Positions 33,614 through 42,482 of a DNA stretch of 42,482 bases are shown here, piece by piece. This stretch comes from Chloroflexota bacterium (lineage in GTDB: Bacteria; Chloroflexota; Ktedonobacteria; Ktedonobacterales; Ktedonobacteraceae). Positions within the stretch are counted from its first letter, which is position 1; every line of letters begins with the position of its first letter. The position numbers were made by a program, and so were the translations under genes. The DNA lies in NCBI GenBank assembly GCA_027316975.1, contig DAHVFL010000001.1, positions 1 through 42,482 on the forward strand, written 5' to 3'. The notes under the pieces are model-generated. The model was not told the DNA's origin. It was given only the letters and a program-made list of their open reading frames with translations, and did not search any database.

Positions 33614-35104
33614 TTAAGCGACGGCAGCATTGGAATCATCGGCACCGGTTGCAACGAGATTGAGCGCGCCCTGCGCGGGGGTGGTTGGGGTGGTGGGTAC
33701 GGACGGCAGACTGGTGGCCGCGTCCCACTCATCGGGCACATCCGGCGTGGAAACCGACCCGCGCAGCTCGCGCAGCGTATCTTCCAGGCGGTTGAGGATG
33801 GTATCGATCTCCTCGCGTGTAATCACCACCGGCGGCTCGACGCGCACGACACGCGAGTTATTCAGCGTGCCGGAGATGAGTACGCCGCGCTTGAAGAGAC
33901 CCGAAGCTACCGCGTAGCCAACATCATCGCTGACGAAATGCTGGCCGATCAGCAGGCCCTTGCCGGTAATGTTGGTGTACACATCCCTGTGACGCCCAGC
34001 AATGTCTTTCAACCGCGCGATAAAGTATTCACCCTTTTCAGCAGCCTGTTCAGGAATGCTCTCCTCGAGCGTAACATTGATGGCAGCGATGGCGGCAGCG
34101 CAGGCCAGCGGATTGCCGCCGGTTGTCGAGGTATGGATGAACGGGTTGCTATTCATGACGCTCCAGATTTTGGGCGTGGACATGAACGCGCCGATGGGCA
34201 TCACACCTCCTCCCAGAGCTTTGGCAGAGGCGATAATATCAGGCGCGACATCCCAGTGATCTACACCCCACAGCTTACCCGTGCGACCCATACCCGTCTG
34301 CACTTCGTCAGCGATCAGCAAAACCTCGTAGTCATCACAGATGTGACGCAGGCGCGGCCAGAAATCATCCGGCGGCACTATAGCGCCCGCCTCACCCTGG
34401 ATCGGCTCCATAATAACGGCGGCAATATCATTGCCCACTTCGCGCGCGATACGCAGTTGCTGCTCTACCGCGTCAACATCGCCAAAAGGCACATGGAACA
34501 CATTATTCTGCGGCGTCATGGCCGGACGGCGGAAGATTGCCTTGCCCGTCAGCGAGAGCGAACCGGCTGTTTTGCCGTGAAAGCCGCGCACCGAGGCGAT
34601 AAAACCGCTCTTGCGTGTGTACAGTTTGGCGAGCTTCATAGCGCCCTCGACGGCCTCGGTGCCACTGCTCACGAAGAAACTGTATTGAATGTCGCCCGGC
34701 GTAATCTCGGCCAGCAGGTGCGCCAGCATACCACGCAGCGGATCAAGCAATTCCTGCGTCGGCAACGGGCTTTTCTGCAATTGTGCCTGCACGGCCCCCA
34801 CGACCTTCGGATGCGCCCAGCCCAGGTTGAAAAGGCCAAACCCACCCAGGCAGTCGATATATTCGCGGCCCAGCACATCCCGAAAGGTTGCGCCGTGTCC
34901 CGTCCATTCGACCGCCGCGAAGTCTCCTGCTTCCGCGACCGACTTACGATACTCGATAAAACCGCTATTATAATATTTGGCGAAGTTGTTGACCGTCGTA
35001 TCGATCAGCCATTCCGCTTCGCTTTTGCCTAGAACCTGCTTCTGGACAACATCGAGATACCGTTGTGAATCGTTGAGGGCCTGTCGTAAGCCATCGGTAC
35101 TCAT
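33614..35104 (-). CDS. Class-III aminotransferase, putrescine-aminotransferase-like, with Pro/Thr-rich C-terminal tail
   Basis: ADEVQTGMGRTG and the PLP Lys in ASAKALGGG. The C-terminal extension is ...PDVPDEWDAATSLPSVPTTPTTPAQG.... Confidence 0.85.
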   Translation of the reverse strand: MSTDGLRQALNDSQRYLDVVQKQVLGKSEAEWLIDTTVNNFAKYYNSGFIEYRKSVAEAGDFAAVEWTGHGATFRDVLGREYIDCLGGFGLFNLGWAHPKVVGAVQAQLQKSPLPTQELLDPLRGMLAHLLAEITPGDIQYSFFVSSGTEAVEGAMKLAKLYTRKSGFIASVRGFHGKTAGSLSLTGKAIFRRPAMTPQNNVFHVPFGDVDAVEQQLRIAREVGNDIAAVIMEPIQGEAGAIVPPDDFWPRLRHICDDYEVLLIADEVQTGMGRTGKLWGVDHWDVAPDIIASAKALGGGVMPIGAFMSTPKIWSVMNSNPFIHTSTTGGNPLACAAAIAAINVTLEESIPEQAAEKGEYFIARLKDIAGRHRDVYTNITGKGLLIGQHFVSDDVGYAVASGLFKRGVLISGTLNNSRVVRVEPPVVITREEIDTILNRLEDTLRELRGSVSTPDVPDEWDAATSLPSVPTTPTTPAQGALNLVATGADDSNAAVA

Positions 35105-35587
35105 AAAAATCCTTTCTGGTTATGCGGCTTCTCTAAATGACATCCCACCCCGGTCCGCTTACCGATTTCGCACCGTTTCCTTCCATACCATGGAATACTC
35201 CGGGCCGGTGGGTATCAAATCACGTATCCCTGGGGATAAACGCTCTGGAAAAACAAATTAAAGGACGCTTGCTACTACGTAAAGCGTACCTGATCTGTCA
35301 AAAGTGTAATACACAATAGCTTGCGTTGATCAAAGCAAGTGAGAAGTGGAAAAGCAAAGCCATGACACTTCACCCTGGCACAGACCAGGTATTTCAGGGG
35401 GCATAAAGGCTCAGGGGTAACAGGTGGACAGGTGGAAACCGCGAAATACGTAGTATTTCGGAATATAACGGCCTCGTTTTTTACCGGGTATGTCGGTGAC
35501 TTTCACGAAAAACACCAGCATTCTGCGTTCTGGGTACGAATTGTGTGTTCTTATGTAATCAGTATACCATTACCTGATATGGTTTGG

Positions 35588-35794
35588 CTAGGCAGTAACC
35601 ATCGGCGGAGGAATAGGCTCTCCTGCTTTTTGAGCATCTTCTATCCAGAGATTGATGACTTCATGAGCATTCTTAATCGCCTCTTCGTATGTTTTGCCGT
35701 GTGTTTTACATCCCGGAAGTTCAGGAACAGTAACGACGTAGATGTTGTCTCTTGGATCCCATTGAATGACCATTGAATAGTGGTTGGGGTTCAT
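35588..35794 (-). CDS. hicB: HicB-family antitoxin
   Basis: YVVTVPELPGCKTHGKTYEEAIKNAHEVINLWIE is the canonical HicB N-domain. It overlaps hicA by 4 nt (ATGA). Confidence 0.85.
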   Translation of the reverse strand: MNPNHYSMVIQWDPRDNIYVVTVPELPGCKTHGKTYEEAIKNAHEVINLWIEDAQKAGEPIPPPMVTA

Positions 35795-35997
35795 AGATCT
35801 TTGCCTACCTTTCTCAATGCTTCTCGTACGTCGTCAATTTGATATCTTTGGGCGTCATCTCCATCGTTACCCGAAAGCGTAACACGAAAAGCGGGCAATT
35901 CGAGATGTTTCCACAATGTATGGCTCCCTCTGGCTGATCTAGAATAAAATCCAGCTTTAGAAAGGGCGGCTTTAAGTTTTTTAATTTTAATGGGCAT
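35791..35997 (-). CDS. hicA: HicA-family mRNA-interferase toxin
   Basis: LKAALSKAGFYSRSARGSHTLWKH matches the HicA/YcfA motif. 68 aa. Confidence 0.85.
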   Translation of the reverse strand: MPIKIKKLKAALSKAGFYSRSARGSHTLWKHLELPAFRVTLSGNDGDDAQRYQIDDVREALRKVGKDL

Positions 35998-36089
35998 CGC
36001 TACAACTCAACTTCATCTACGCTAAATTATACAACGACTCTCTGGGTGTTTGCTATACTCGGTACACAGCCTTGTATATCACACGTTAA

Positions 36090-36959
36090 TCAATACGCCC
36101 GCCCGAACCTCGACTCCAGATAACGCGCCAGAATAGCGAGGGGATAACAGATCCAGAAGAACATCACTGCTCCGAAAACGTAAAAGAAGAGTTGCAGATT
36201 AGCGTCGGAGGCGTTCGCGGTGGCAGCCGCCGTGACCAATTGTTGCAATTCCAGTACGCCGCCAATGACGGAGAGCAACGCGCTATCCTGAACCAATGTA
36301 ATAAAGTAGTTGGTGAACGGCGGAATAGTAATGCGAAAAGCCTGGGGCAATACAATTTTACGCATGATCTGGCGCGAGTTCAGACCTAAACTCAAGGCCG
36401 CTTCGGTCTGGCCTATGGGTACCGACTCAATACCGGTGCGGAAGACCTCAGTCAAGTATGCGCCGTAATTGAAGCTAAGGCCGATGATGCCATAGAAAGC
36501 AGCATCGAAGAAATTAGGACCTGGCATAATACTATTGTTTTGCAGCAGGGTCATGAAATTATAGGCAATCGTATAGGGGTCAAAGCCTATCCCTTCGAGT
36601 GCAGCGCGAATACCAAAACCCCAGAAAAATAATTGAACCAGGATGGGAGTGCCACGGATGACCTCAACATAGATTGCTGCGATGATTCGCAATACTGCAA
36701 AATGCGAAAGACGACCCAGCGCGCCAATAAAACCAAAGATAGTCGCCAGGATCATACTTGTGATCGAAAGAAAAATCGTTAAACCTGCCCCTCCCAGAAG
36801 TGTAGGGAAATAGAGAGCGATAGAATCCCGATAGCGATAGAAGTAAAAGGCTAAACCGGCTAGCGCTGCTATAATGGCCGCATAAAAGACATAATCTAAA
36901 ATCACCAGCAAACTGCGCGGTCTGCGTTCTATATGTGGCTTTGTAATCGAGTGATCCAT
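36090..36959 (-). CDS. Polar amino-acid ABC transporter permease
   Basis: Multi-TM protein with the EAA-loop-like segment GQTEAALSLGLNSRQIMRKIVLPQA. Confidence 0.85.
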   Translation of the reverse strand: MDHSITKPHIERRPRSLLVILDYVFYAAIIAALAGLAFYFYRYRDSIALYFPTLLGGAGLTIFLSITSMILATIFGFIGALGRLSHFAVLRIIAAIYVEVIRGTPILVQLFFWGFGIRAALEGIGFDPYTIAYNFMTLLQNNSIMPGPNFFDAAFYGIIGLSFNYGAYLTEVFRTGIESVPIGQTEAALSLGLNSRQIMRKIVLPQAFRITIPPFTNYFITLVQDSALLSVIGGVLELQQLVTAAATANASDANLQLFFYVFGAVMFFWICYPLAILARYLESRFGRAY

Positions 36960-36976
36960 ACAGTATTCCTTCCAGA

Positions 36977-37669
36977 TTATAACGCTGCGCGCAGTTTGCG
37001 TTCATACCACCTGGCAAAGTACGAAGTTGGCAGGCTGAGAACAAGGTACAGTACCATCACAAGTAATATGAGCGGTGTGGGATTACTGCCATATTTATTT
37101 CGCCAGAAATCAAAAGCGGAAGTAAGTTCAAATCCAGCAATCACACTGACGATAGCAGAATCCTTAAGCATGTAAATAAGATCATTGACGAAGGGCGGAA
37201 TCATCAAGGGTATCGCTTGTGGGAACACTATGCGGAAAAAGTTCTGTCTTGAATCCAGGCCCAGAGACAGAGCAGCTTCAGTCTGACCGCGTTCGACCGA
37301 AAGAAAACCAGCGCGAAAGACCTCCGCCTCGTAGGCCGAGTAGTTGATAGCCAGCACAGCAATACCTGCAGTCCAACCATTGATGTATACAGCCAGATTG
37401 AGACCTCCCAGGCTGCTACTGATGCTAAACAGGATGGTACTCAGACCAAAGTAGATGAGAAATAGCTGGGCGATGAAAGGAGTGCTACGAATAACCTCAA
37501 TATAAATTCGCGCAGGGCCGCGTAACCAGATAAAACGTGAACTACCCATGAGCGCCAGTATAACCCCAAACAGCAAAGCCAATGGAAAAGCAACAACGCA
37601 GTAGATAATAGTGTTGAGTGTTCCACGTAAAAAATATGGCAACACTTGCGGAAGAATGCTAAAATCCAT
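36977..37669 (-). CDS. Polar amino-acid ABC transporter permease (second subunit)
   Basis: GQTEAALSLGLDSRQNFFRIVFPQA. The ATG at 37669 follows GGTGAGGG. The ORF is open to 37720. Confidence 0.85.
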   Translation of the reverse strand: MDFSILPQVLPYFLRGTLNTIIYCVVAFPLALLFGVILALMGSSRFIWLRGPARIYIEVIRSTPFIAQLFLIYFGLSTILFSISSSLGGLNLAVYINGWTAGIAVLAINYSAYEAEVFRAGFLSVERGQTEAALSLGLDSRQNFFRIVFPQAIPLMIPPFVNDLIYMLKDSAIVSVIAGFELTSAFDFWRNKYGSNPTPLILLVMVLYLVLSLPTSYFARWYERKLRAAL

Positions 37670-37765
37670 ACCCTCACCTTTTCTCAACATCACCTGGTGT
37701 TGATGTATCTGTATCACCATTCGCTAAATAAAGCGAAGAAACAACGGCGGATTAGCCTGTCACAT

Positions 37766-37838
37766 GTAGGGACGCGATTGATCGCGTCCGTTCGTGCCGG
37801 CGTTCACGCGATACGGACGCAATCAATCGCGTCCCTAC
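37766..37838. repeat. Inverted pair of GTAGGGACGCGATTGATCGCGTCC elements
   Basis: GTAGGGACGCGATTGATCGCGTCC (37766-37789) and GGACGCAATCAATCGCGTCCCTAC (37815-37838). Confidence 0.9.
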
Positions 37839-37868
37839 TGCTCTGTCAAACTTCATAGAGCATCCCTG

Positions 37869-38001
37869 CTGTCATTCTGAGCGCAGCGAAGAATCTCCTG
37901 CGGCATGGAGATTCTTCGCTGCGCTCAGAATGACAGGACTTTCCCTTGCGCTCAGAATGACAGGACTTTCCCTTGCGCTCAGAATGACAGGACTTTCCCT
38001 C
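37869..38001. repeat. GTCATTCTGAGCGCAGCGAAGA inverted repeat whose right arm is expanded into three 27-bp tandem copies
   Basis: The arms lie at 37869-37897 and 37908-37936. The unit GCGCTCAGAATGACAGGACTTTCCCTT repeats at 37921, 37948 and 37975. Confidence 0.9.
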
Positions 38002-38060
38002 GATCGGATGAAGGTAGACCATGCACTACCTTTTCCGCGACACAAGCTTCCGTCCTCCTG

Positions 38061-39047
38061 CTACCCCTTCATCACGCCGATTGAAGCCTGATCGTCATTC
38101 CAGATTTGCCACCTGTTGTAAATCTTATAGAGCGTTCCATTGGCCTTGAGGATAGCAAAAGCCTGGTTGATCTCGGGCACCAGCAAGGATGCTCTGGGAC
38201 TGCTCTTGTTGAAGCCTACATAGTAATTATCCTTGTTGAGCGTTCCACCCAGGAACGTCAACTGGGGAATTGGCTGCGCACCGGGACCGGTACCTTTAAC
38301 ATAGTACGAGGCAATCGGAAGGTCCAGGAAGAAAGCATCGACTTTATTCTGCACCAGGTCGGTAAAGGCAATATTGCCAGCGTAGGAATGAATGGTGATC
38401 TTCTTAGGCGGGTTAGTTCCATTGTAATCGTTCATGATTGTTTCAGCTTTATAGCCAGAACCGGTGCCAACGGTATACCCGCCCAGAACCGATACATCAG
38501 TCGGAGTGACACCTGTGAAACGTGAATCACCGACGCGGACGACAATCTGTTGACCATACCGGTAATAGGGAACTGAAAATAACTCGGTCTTCTGGCGGTC
38601 GGTCGTTTGTTCCCATCCATTCATTACCATGTCGACCTGATTATTCGTCAACGCCTGCTCGAGATTGGCGTAGCAGACCTCCTGTTGTGCCTGGTTGATA
38701 TTCATCAAGGCCGCGATAGCTGCCGCAATTTCAACCTCGAAGCCGATGATGCTTTTCGGATTTTTCGGGTCTTGAAATACATAGGGCGCGCCTGACACGT
38801 AGTCAGCGCCCCATTGCAGATTACCCGGCGTCTTGAGTCCATTACTGGTGACCGTTGTTGCGCCCGCTGTAGGCGTCGAACCTCCACCGGTAGATACGTT
38901 GCCGCCGCAGGCCGCGAGCAATGCCTCGATGCTACTGCCCGCCAGGACAAGCCCACCAAGCTGTCCAGCGCGTTTCACAAACGTTCGTCTGCCAATGTCT
39001 TCGATCATAAAATCATCATTGCCTTTCCGTAATTGGTCCTGGCACAT
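38061..39047 (-). CDS. Family-3 solute-binding protein of the ABC transporter, with a Tat/lipoprotein-type signal
   Basis: GRRTFVKRAGQLGGLVLAGSSIEALLAACGG (twin-Arg plus lipobox), followed by a periplasmic-binding-protein type 3 body. ATG 39008 is an alternative start. Confidence 0.8.
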   Translation of the reverse strand: MCQDQLRKGNDDFMIEDIGRRTFVKRAGQLGGLVLAGSSIEALLAACGGNVSTGGGSTPTAGATTVTSNGLKTPGNLQWGADYVSGAPYVFQDPKNPKSIIGFEVEIAAAIAALMNINQAQQEVCYANLEQALTNNQVDMVMNGWEQTTDRQKTELFSVPYYRYGQQIVVRVGDSRFTGVTPTDVSVLGGYTVGTGSGYKAETIMNDYNGTNPPKKITIHSYAGNIAFTDLVQNKVDAFFLDLPIASYYVKGTGPGAQPIPQLTFLGGTLNKDNYYVGFNKSSPRASLLVPEINQAFAILKANGTLYKIYNRWQIWNDDQASIGVMKG

Positions 39048-39068
39048 CCGAGTTGAGCCTACCTTACT

Positions 39069-39902
39069 TTACAGCATGGTAGAAAGCACGCGCTCCAGGA
39101 ATAGCTTTGTGCGCTCATGTTTGGGCTGCTTGAACAGCTCCTCGGGATCACCCTGTTCAACAATCACGCCGTCCGAAATAAAAACGACGCGATCAGAGAC
39201 ATCTCGCGCAAACTGCATTTCATGCGTCACTACGACCATCGTACTTCCCTCATAGGCCAGGTCCTTCATAACTTTAAGCACCTCGCCTACCAGTTCGGGA
39301 TCAAGCGCTGAGGTTGGTTCATCGAAAAGGAGGGCGCGTGGCTGCATCGCCAGGGCGCGCGCAATGGCAACGCGCTGCTTCTGTCCACCCGACAACTTAT
39401 TGGGGTACACGTCACGCTTTTCCGCCAACCCCACCTTCGCCAGCAATTTTTCTGCTTGCGCCACCGCCTGGTCTCTGGGCGTCTTACGCACGCGCAGAGG
39501 GGCCTCGATGATGTTTTGTAACACAGTCATATGCGGGAAGAGGTTGAAATTCTGGAAGACCATACCCAGCTCGCTGCGAATCGGGCTAAGCTGCTTTATC
39601 GAGAGGTTGGGATCAAGAAGATGCCCGTGAATGTAAATCTGGCCGCTGGTATGTTTTTCAAGTCCGTTGAAACAACGCAGCAATGTACTTTTCCCTGAAC
39701 CACTGGGGCCAATCAGGGCTACCACTTCCCTTTTATGCACTTCAAAATCGACATCTTTGAGAACATGTTTATCGCCGAAATACTTGTTCACTTTGATTGC
39801 GCTAATTATAATTTCATCTTCAACGCTATTGGTCTGAGATAGAGTACCCGAGTTGGTGAGCGGAACAAATACGCCGTCAGAGAACGACTGATGGGAGTCC
39901 AT
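39069..39902 (-). CDS. Polar amino-acid ABC transporter ATP-binding protein
   Basis: Walker [10 protein letters not shown], signature [15 protein letters not shown], Walker [12 protein letters not shown]. Confidence 0.9.
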   Translation of the reverse strand: MDSHQSFSDGVFVPLTNSGTLSQTNSVEDEIIISAIKVNKYFGDKHVLKDVDFEVHKREVVALIGPSGSGKSTLLRCFNGLEKHTSGQIYIHGHLLDPNLSIKQLSPIRSELGMVFQNFNLFPHMTVLQNIIEAPLRVRKTPRDQAVAQAEKLLAKVGLAEKRDVYPNKLSGGQKQRVAIARALAMQPRALLFDEPTSALDPELVGEVLKVMKDLAYEGSTMVVVTHEMQFARDVSDRVVFISDGVIVEQGDPEELFKQPKHERTKLFLERVLSTML

Positions 39903-40104
39903 GAGTTACTCCTTTTTTTTGCAAGTCAGTGAAACCTGGCAGATAGCATCACTTACTAAAATTGGTGCAGATCAGGATGTTGGCATACAGTATAGTCATC
40001 AATTATGAGCCTGTCAAGCTTTCAGCCATGCCAGAAATTATGGCGTGATATACTATCTTCATTAGCGCCGGCAAGCCGGCTCCAATCAACAGTATAGGTG
40101 AAGA

Positions 40105-40890
40105 ATGCCATTCTTTTCAATCGCGCATACCACAATGTACTACGATGTTATTGAGTCAGATTTCACCACACAGGATAATAGTACCTCGCCTTCACACCTG
40201 CTGCTTATTCATGGTTTCGGCGGCACGCCCTCAAGCGACTTTGCCGGACAATTGCCACTCTTGCGCCAGCGCTATCGCGTGATCGCGCCGCACCTGCGCG
40301 GCTATGGTCGTTCCACGCATCGCGTAGCGTATACCCTGACGTTTTACCAGGACGATGCCGCAGACCTGGCCGCTCTGCTACACATGCTGGGCATCAGCCA
40401 AACATTGGTAGTAGGCTTCAGCGACGGCGGCATTGTCGGCTTGTTGCTGGCAGCCCACTATCCACAACTTGTCAGCGCGCTGGCAGTCATGGGCGCGCAG
40501 CCCACCATCACTACGCAGAACACCACCGCCATCCGCCACTGGCTGCTCGAAAAGCCCCTACCCGAGGATTGGCAGACCGAACTGGCAGCCCTGCATGGCG
40601 ACCCCTACTGGCGCGCGCTGCCATCGATGTACGTCAAGGGCCAGGACGCGCTCGTCGCGGCAGGCGGCATCATCATCAGCGATGCAGAACTGGCAAGCAT
40701 CACCTGTCCCACCCTCATCATGCACGGTAAGCGCGACCGTATTGTCCCAGCCGAATACGCCTCCATCCTGCACGAGAAAATTGCTGGCTCAGAAATAGTC
40801 CTATTCGACGCCGGCCACGCGGCCCACCTGCGCTGCGAACAGGAATATACCTCGACAGTCCTGGATTTCCTGCGCAGGCATGACAGGTAA
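40105..40890 (+). CDS. Alpha/beta-fold hydrolase
   Basis: LLLIHGFGG, nucleophile elbow GFSDGG, and a late HGKRD...GHAAH. 261 aa. Confidence 0.8.
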   Translation: MPFFSIAHTTMYYDVIESDFTTQDNSTSPSHLLLIHGFGGTPSSDFAGQLPLLRQRYRVIAPHLRGYGRSTHRVAYTLTFYQDDAADLAALLHMLGISQTLVVGFSDGGIVGLLLAAHYPQLVSALAVMGAQPTITTQNTTAIRHWLLEKPLPEDWQTELAALHGDPYWRALPSMYVKGQDALVAAGGIIISDAELASITCPTLIMHGKRDRIVPAEYASILHEKIAGSEIVLFDAGHAAHLRCEQEYTSTVLDFLRRHDR

Positions 40891-40969
40891 GGTCATTCAA
40901 AAGTCGCGCCTCCGGCGCATATTATTGGTTATAGGTGTAAGTTTGCAGGCAGGTCCGAGCAAAATTTAC

Positions 40970-40998
40970 TTGCTATTTGTCAAGCGATGTGGTAATAT
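40970..40998 (+). promoter_or_regulatory. Candidate ssrA promoter
   Basis: TTGCTA, a 17-nt spacer, then TAATAT, about 45 nt upstream of the mature tmRNA 5' end. Confidence 0.4.
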
Positions 40999-41044
40999 TA
41001 ATGAGCATTCCCCCATACTATCAGCATGGGATGTGCAATTACCT

Positions 41045-41413
41045 GGGGATGTCGGGTTTCGACAGACGAGCAGGTTGATGAATTGCAGGTCGAGGTGTCG
41101 GTATGCGCTCTCGTAAAACAACCGACAAACAACAAATGCCAAACCGGCATACAACTACGCTCTCGCTGCCTAATAACCAGTGATGCGTCGTCCCCCTGGC
41201 TTTTTTCTGTGGGGTCAGGACCGGGCGTCGAAAACACGGGATGCTATGGTGAGTACCGCCTTCTAACCGCCATTTAAGACCAGAGGGCCAGCGCCGACGA
41301 ATCCTGTCGATGGGAGTCCGAGACGTTTAAGAAAAATCATCGACTAAACTTGTAGCATATTCATCGATAGGTTTGTTTGGACAGGGGGTTCGACTCCCCC
41401 TCATCTCCACCAC
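41045..41413 (+). ncRNA. ssrA: tmRNA (transfer-messenger RNA)
   Basis: The 5' end GGGGATGTCGGGTTTCGACAG pairs with the 3' end ...GGACAGGGGGTTCGACTCCCCCTCATCTCCACCA (T-arm, acceptor, CCA). The internal tag frame ends ...GCC AAA CCG GCA TAC AAC TAC GCT CTC GCT GCC TAA TAA (...AKPAYNYALAA**). The resume codon is not determined. Confidence 0.92.
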
Positions 41414-41416
41414 ACG

Positions 41417-41457
41417 AACGGCTTGTAAATCGGCTTTACAGGCCGTTTCGTTTTATT
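41417..41457 (+). terminator. Intrinsic terminator of ssrA
   Basis: A ~13-bp stem (AACGGCTTGTAAA / TTTACAGGCCGTT) with loop TCGGC, followed by TCGTTTTATT. Confidence 0.7.
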
Positions 41458-41523
41458 CACGCTAGCGCAAAAGCTGTACCTTACAGCTTCATCTACAGTT
41501 TACAGCCCTGAATACAGCTACAC

Positions 41524-42482
41524 TTACCGCGCTTGCTCGTCACCTCCATTATCAGGCTTGAACTCGCTATCCCACTTTCCCATTGCTTGCTCTTGTTCCG
41601 AGAGAAACACATGAGAATAGATGTTTGCTGTTATCATGTAGTTGCTATGCCCTAAGATTTCTTGTATCACCTTCATGTCTACCCCCATACCGCGCAAGAG
41701 CGTTGCCGCGCTATGTCTCAAGTCATGAAAGCGCACATGCGGTAAGCCGGCTTCAGCAAGCACTTTATGGAACAACAAGTCGAGGTAACGGGGATTAAAA
41801 TACCCGCCGTGTAAGCCAGTGAAGACAAGATCACGATTTTCCCATTGACCGCCAACCTTTAATTTTGCCTCCAACTGTTCAATACGATGCTGTTTCAGCA
41901 TATCGATCACAAAGGACGCTAACACAACCGTTCGTTCTCCCGCCGTCGTCTTTGGTTCAGTTTCTACATACCCGAACTTTCCAATATAATCTACGGTTCG
42001 GTGTACCTTGACGGTTTGTTTCTCAAAGTCAACATCAGCCCAACGCAAGGCAAGTATTTCACCTCGCCGCAGTCCGGTTGTTAATGCCAGTGTAAGCAAC
42101 ATCTCTAACCGATTGCCGCGCAAACTTTCTAGCAACTTATGCGCCTGCTCCATTGTAAGAGGCTGTATTTCATGCTTTACAAGGCGTGGAGGTGACACCA
42201 CTTCACACACATTACGGGATACCAAATTCCAGCGTACTGCATTATCTAATGCCTTATGCAACACGCCGTGTATATGGTGAATAGACTTGGGTGATAGACC
42301 GTCCATTAGTTTCCGGTTGTACAACGATTGCACATGTTGAGGGGTAAGCTTTTCCAATTTTATGTTACCCAACGCTGGTACGATGTACGTGTTTATGACT
42401 TTGCGATACTTCACGTAGGTACTCACCTTGAGGCTTGATTTGTGAACCTCTTCAAGCCAATAGGTAAGGTACTGTTCTATCG
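41524..42482 (-). CDS. Tyrosine recombinase / phage-type integrase (N-terminus beyond the window edge)
   Basis: Catalytic motifs: LTTGLRRGEILALRW (Arg), HDLRHSAATLL (H-x-x-R), and LGHSNYMITANIYSHV (His and Tyr). The frame remains open upstream of the ATG at 42426 to the window end. Confidence 0.88.
   Translation of the reverse strand, partial: IEQYLTYWLEEVHKSSLKVSTYVKYRKVINTYIVPALGNIKLEKLTPQHVQSLYNRKLMDGLSPKSIHHIHGVLHKALDNAVRWNLVSRNVCEVVSPPRLVKHEIQPLTMEQAHKLLESLRGNRLEMLLTLALTTGLRRGEILALRWADVDFEKQTVKVHRTVDYIGKFGYVETEPKTTAGERTVVLASFVIDMLKQHRIEQLEAKLKVGGQWENRDLVFTGLHGGYFNPRYLDLLFHKVLAEAGLPHVRFHDLRHSAATLLRGMGVDMKVIQEILGHSNYMITANIYSHVFLSEQEQAMGKWDSEFKPDNGGDEQAR

Noticed and set aside
33584-35032. 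482-aa plus-strand ORF
   Set aside because: It is a shadow ORF antisense to the well-supported class-III aminotransferase (33614-35104). Its composition is Arg/Ala/His-rich and low-complexity, with no motifs.
35432-35776. 114-aa plus-strand ORF
   Set aside because: Its 3' half is antisense to hicB, and it has no SD or motif.
37921-38001. Possible CRISPR array
   Set aside because: The 27-bp units are directly adjacent with no spacers. They are an expansion of one arm of a dispersed palindromic element, and no cas genes are present.

Overview
This is about 42.5 kb of a moderately GC-rich bacterial chromosome. The gene content, the tmRNA and the dense families of GC-rich intergenic palindromes suggest a Chloroflexota (Ktedonobacteria-like) organism, but that is a guess made without a database search.

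Layout:
- (1) 0-5.4 kb: a GGDEF/HD-GYP sensor, a secreted cupredoxin-like lipoprotein, a LysM-like membrane protein and a CheY-type receiver.
- (2) 5.5-19.9 kb, all on the minus strand: a purine-catabolism supercluster. It holds a YgeW-like carbamoyltransferase, carbamate kinase, YgeY-like M20 hydrolase, SsnA-like amidohydrolase, two fold-type-II PLP enzymes, an FMN 2-hydroxyacid oxidase, a xanthine-dehydrogenase-family Mo enzyme with its FAD subunit, and adenine deaminase.
- (3) 20-26.5 kb, an accessory patch at the window centre: a URO-D family protein, an orphan Phd/YefM-type antitoxin, and an HSL-family esterase gene split by a ~3.8 kb insertion.
- (4) yqeC (selenium-dependent Mo-hydroxylase accessory gene) and a SAM methyltransferase.
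- (5) 28.6-35.1 kb: an amine/polyamine catabolic set with an aldehyde dehydrogenase, a PuuR-like regulator with duplicated operators, two class-III aminotransferases and a saccharopine-dehydrogenase-like protein.
- (6) hicAB.
- (7) A polar amino-acid ABC transporter.
- (8) An alpha/beta hydrolase, ssrA (tmRNA), and a tyrosine integrase that marks the edge of an island running off the window.

The most interesting region is the insertion in the esterase gene. It carries a translationally coupled operon encoding a sigma-70-like protein, an Arg-rich/Cys-rich 156-aa protein and a TnpB. The TnpB frame is interrupted by an in-frame TGA just before an otherwise intact zinc-ribbon/RuvC-III segment. 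The insertion also carries a divergent Xis-type HTH gene and a long terminal hairpin. No recognisable transposase or recombinase is present.
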